Notes under the pieces: model-generated
Told to the model about the DNA's origin: nothing
Database searches by the model: none
The model's input: the letters and a program-made list of their open reading frames with translations, nothing else
Program-made: the position numbers and the translations under genes
DNA from: a virus
Taxonomy: Duplodnaviria > Caudoviricetes
Strand: one strand, 5' to 3'
Length of the DNA stretch: 42,488 bases
IMG/VR virus record: IMGVR_UViG_3300033067_001565
Coordinates: 1-42,488 of that record
Shown: positions 41,962 to 42,488 of the stretch, in pieces
How positions within the stretch are numbered: the first letter of the stretch is position 1
How the letters are laid out: the number at the start of each line of letters is the position of its first letter

Positions 41962-42411
41962 ATGGTGATGGGTCGGGGGATCGAATGGGCAGGCAGGACC
42001 GTCAAGGTTGCTGATTTAAGGCCCTATGAAGCGAATCCTCGAACAATTGGGGCCGAGGCCTATAACCGCCTCAAGAAAAGCATCACAGAAGACGGCTATC
42101 ATCAGCGGATCATCTGCACGCAGGATCTGCGCGTCATGGGGGGGCACCAGCGCATCAAGGCCCTGACCGAGCTGGGCATCGAGGAGATCGAGGTGCTCAC
42201 CCCTGATCGCGAGATCACCGACGAGCAGTTCAAGCGCATCCTCATTCGCGACAACATCGAGGCCGGTGAATGGGATCTCGAAGCGCTGGGCGGCCTGATG
42301 TCGGTCGGCGAGCTGGTTGAGCTCGGCGTGCAGGAGGATCTCTTCCCGAAAGTCGAAAAGAAGGGCCTTGTCGATGAAGATGAAGCGCCAGAGTCCCCAG
42401 CGAATCCAGTA
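41962..42411 (+). CDS. ParB-like N-terminal part of a ParB/DNA methyltransferase fusion (joins 1..747; about 398 aa in total)
   Basis: Not in the ORF track. ATG at 41962 follows GGGGA. Translation VKVADLRPYEANPRTI...RVMGGHQRIKALTELG...LIRDN is ParB/Srx-like. The 450 nt continue in frame into position 1. Confidence 0.85.
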
Positions 42412-42488
42412 AGCTCACCGGGTGATGTGTGGTTGTGCGGAGCTCACCGGGTGATGTGTGGTAACTCAACATCTGCTGAACAGCTCGG
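42412..42488. repeat. Terminal direct repeat, right copy (circular-assembly overlap)
   Basis: Identical to bases 1-77. Confidence 0.95.

Noticed and set aside
1-42488. Stop-codon recoding or alternative genetic code
   Set aside because: All core genes are intact under code 11, and TAA, TGA and TAG are all used as stops.

Overview
The window is a complete, circularly permuted dsDNA tailed-phage genome of about 42,411 bp. Bases 1-77 are repeated exactly at 42412-42488, and a ParB-domain DNA methyltransferase gene runs in frame across that junction. The layout is lambdoid. A rightward late operon (methylase, terminases, portal, gpF, protease/scaffold, capsid, neck, tail tube, chaperone, tape measure, GTA-like DUF2460/DUF2163/NlpC-P60/tail-tip, fibre, lysis cassette, second fibre) converges near 28.45 kb with a leftward early operon (ERF + YqaJ recombination pair, DnaJ-, ASCH-, Zn-finger and many small ORFs). 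A rightward middle operon carries cro-like, GapR-like, DUF1064 and DUF1376 initiator genes, the last with internal 11-bp iterons. I found no integrase, cI, tRNA, CRISPR array or reverse transcriptase. The host is probably a Gram-negative alphaproteobacterium (inference). The most interesting observations are: (1) one ~70-aa beta-rich module inserted four times in three different virion proteins; (2) an in-register C CCT TTT -1 slippery site that would fuse portal to gpF; (3) a structured RNA leader whose loop can pair with the initiator's ribosome-binding region; (4) two tandem DUF6527-like Cys/His proteins inside the head module; (5) a 22-bp direct repeat read in two frames at the methylase domain boundary. 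Family assignments come from motif recognition by eye, not from database searches.
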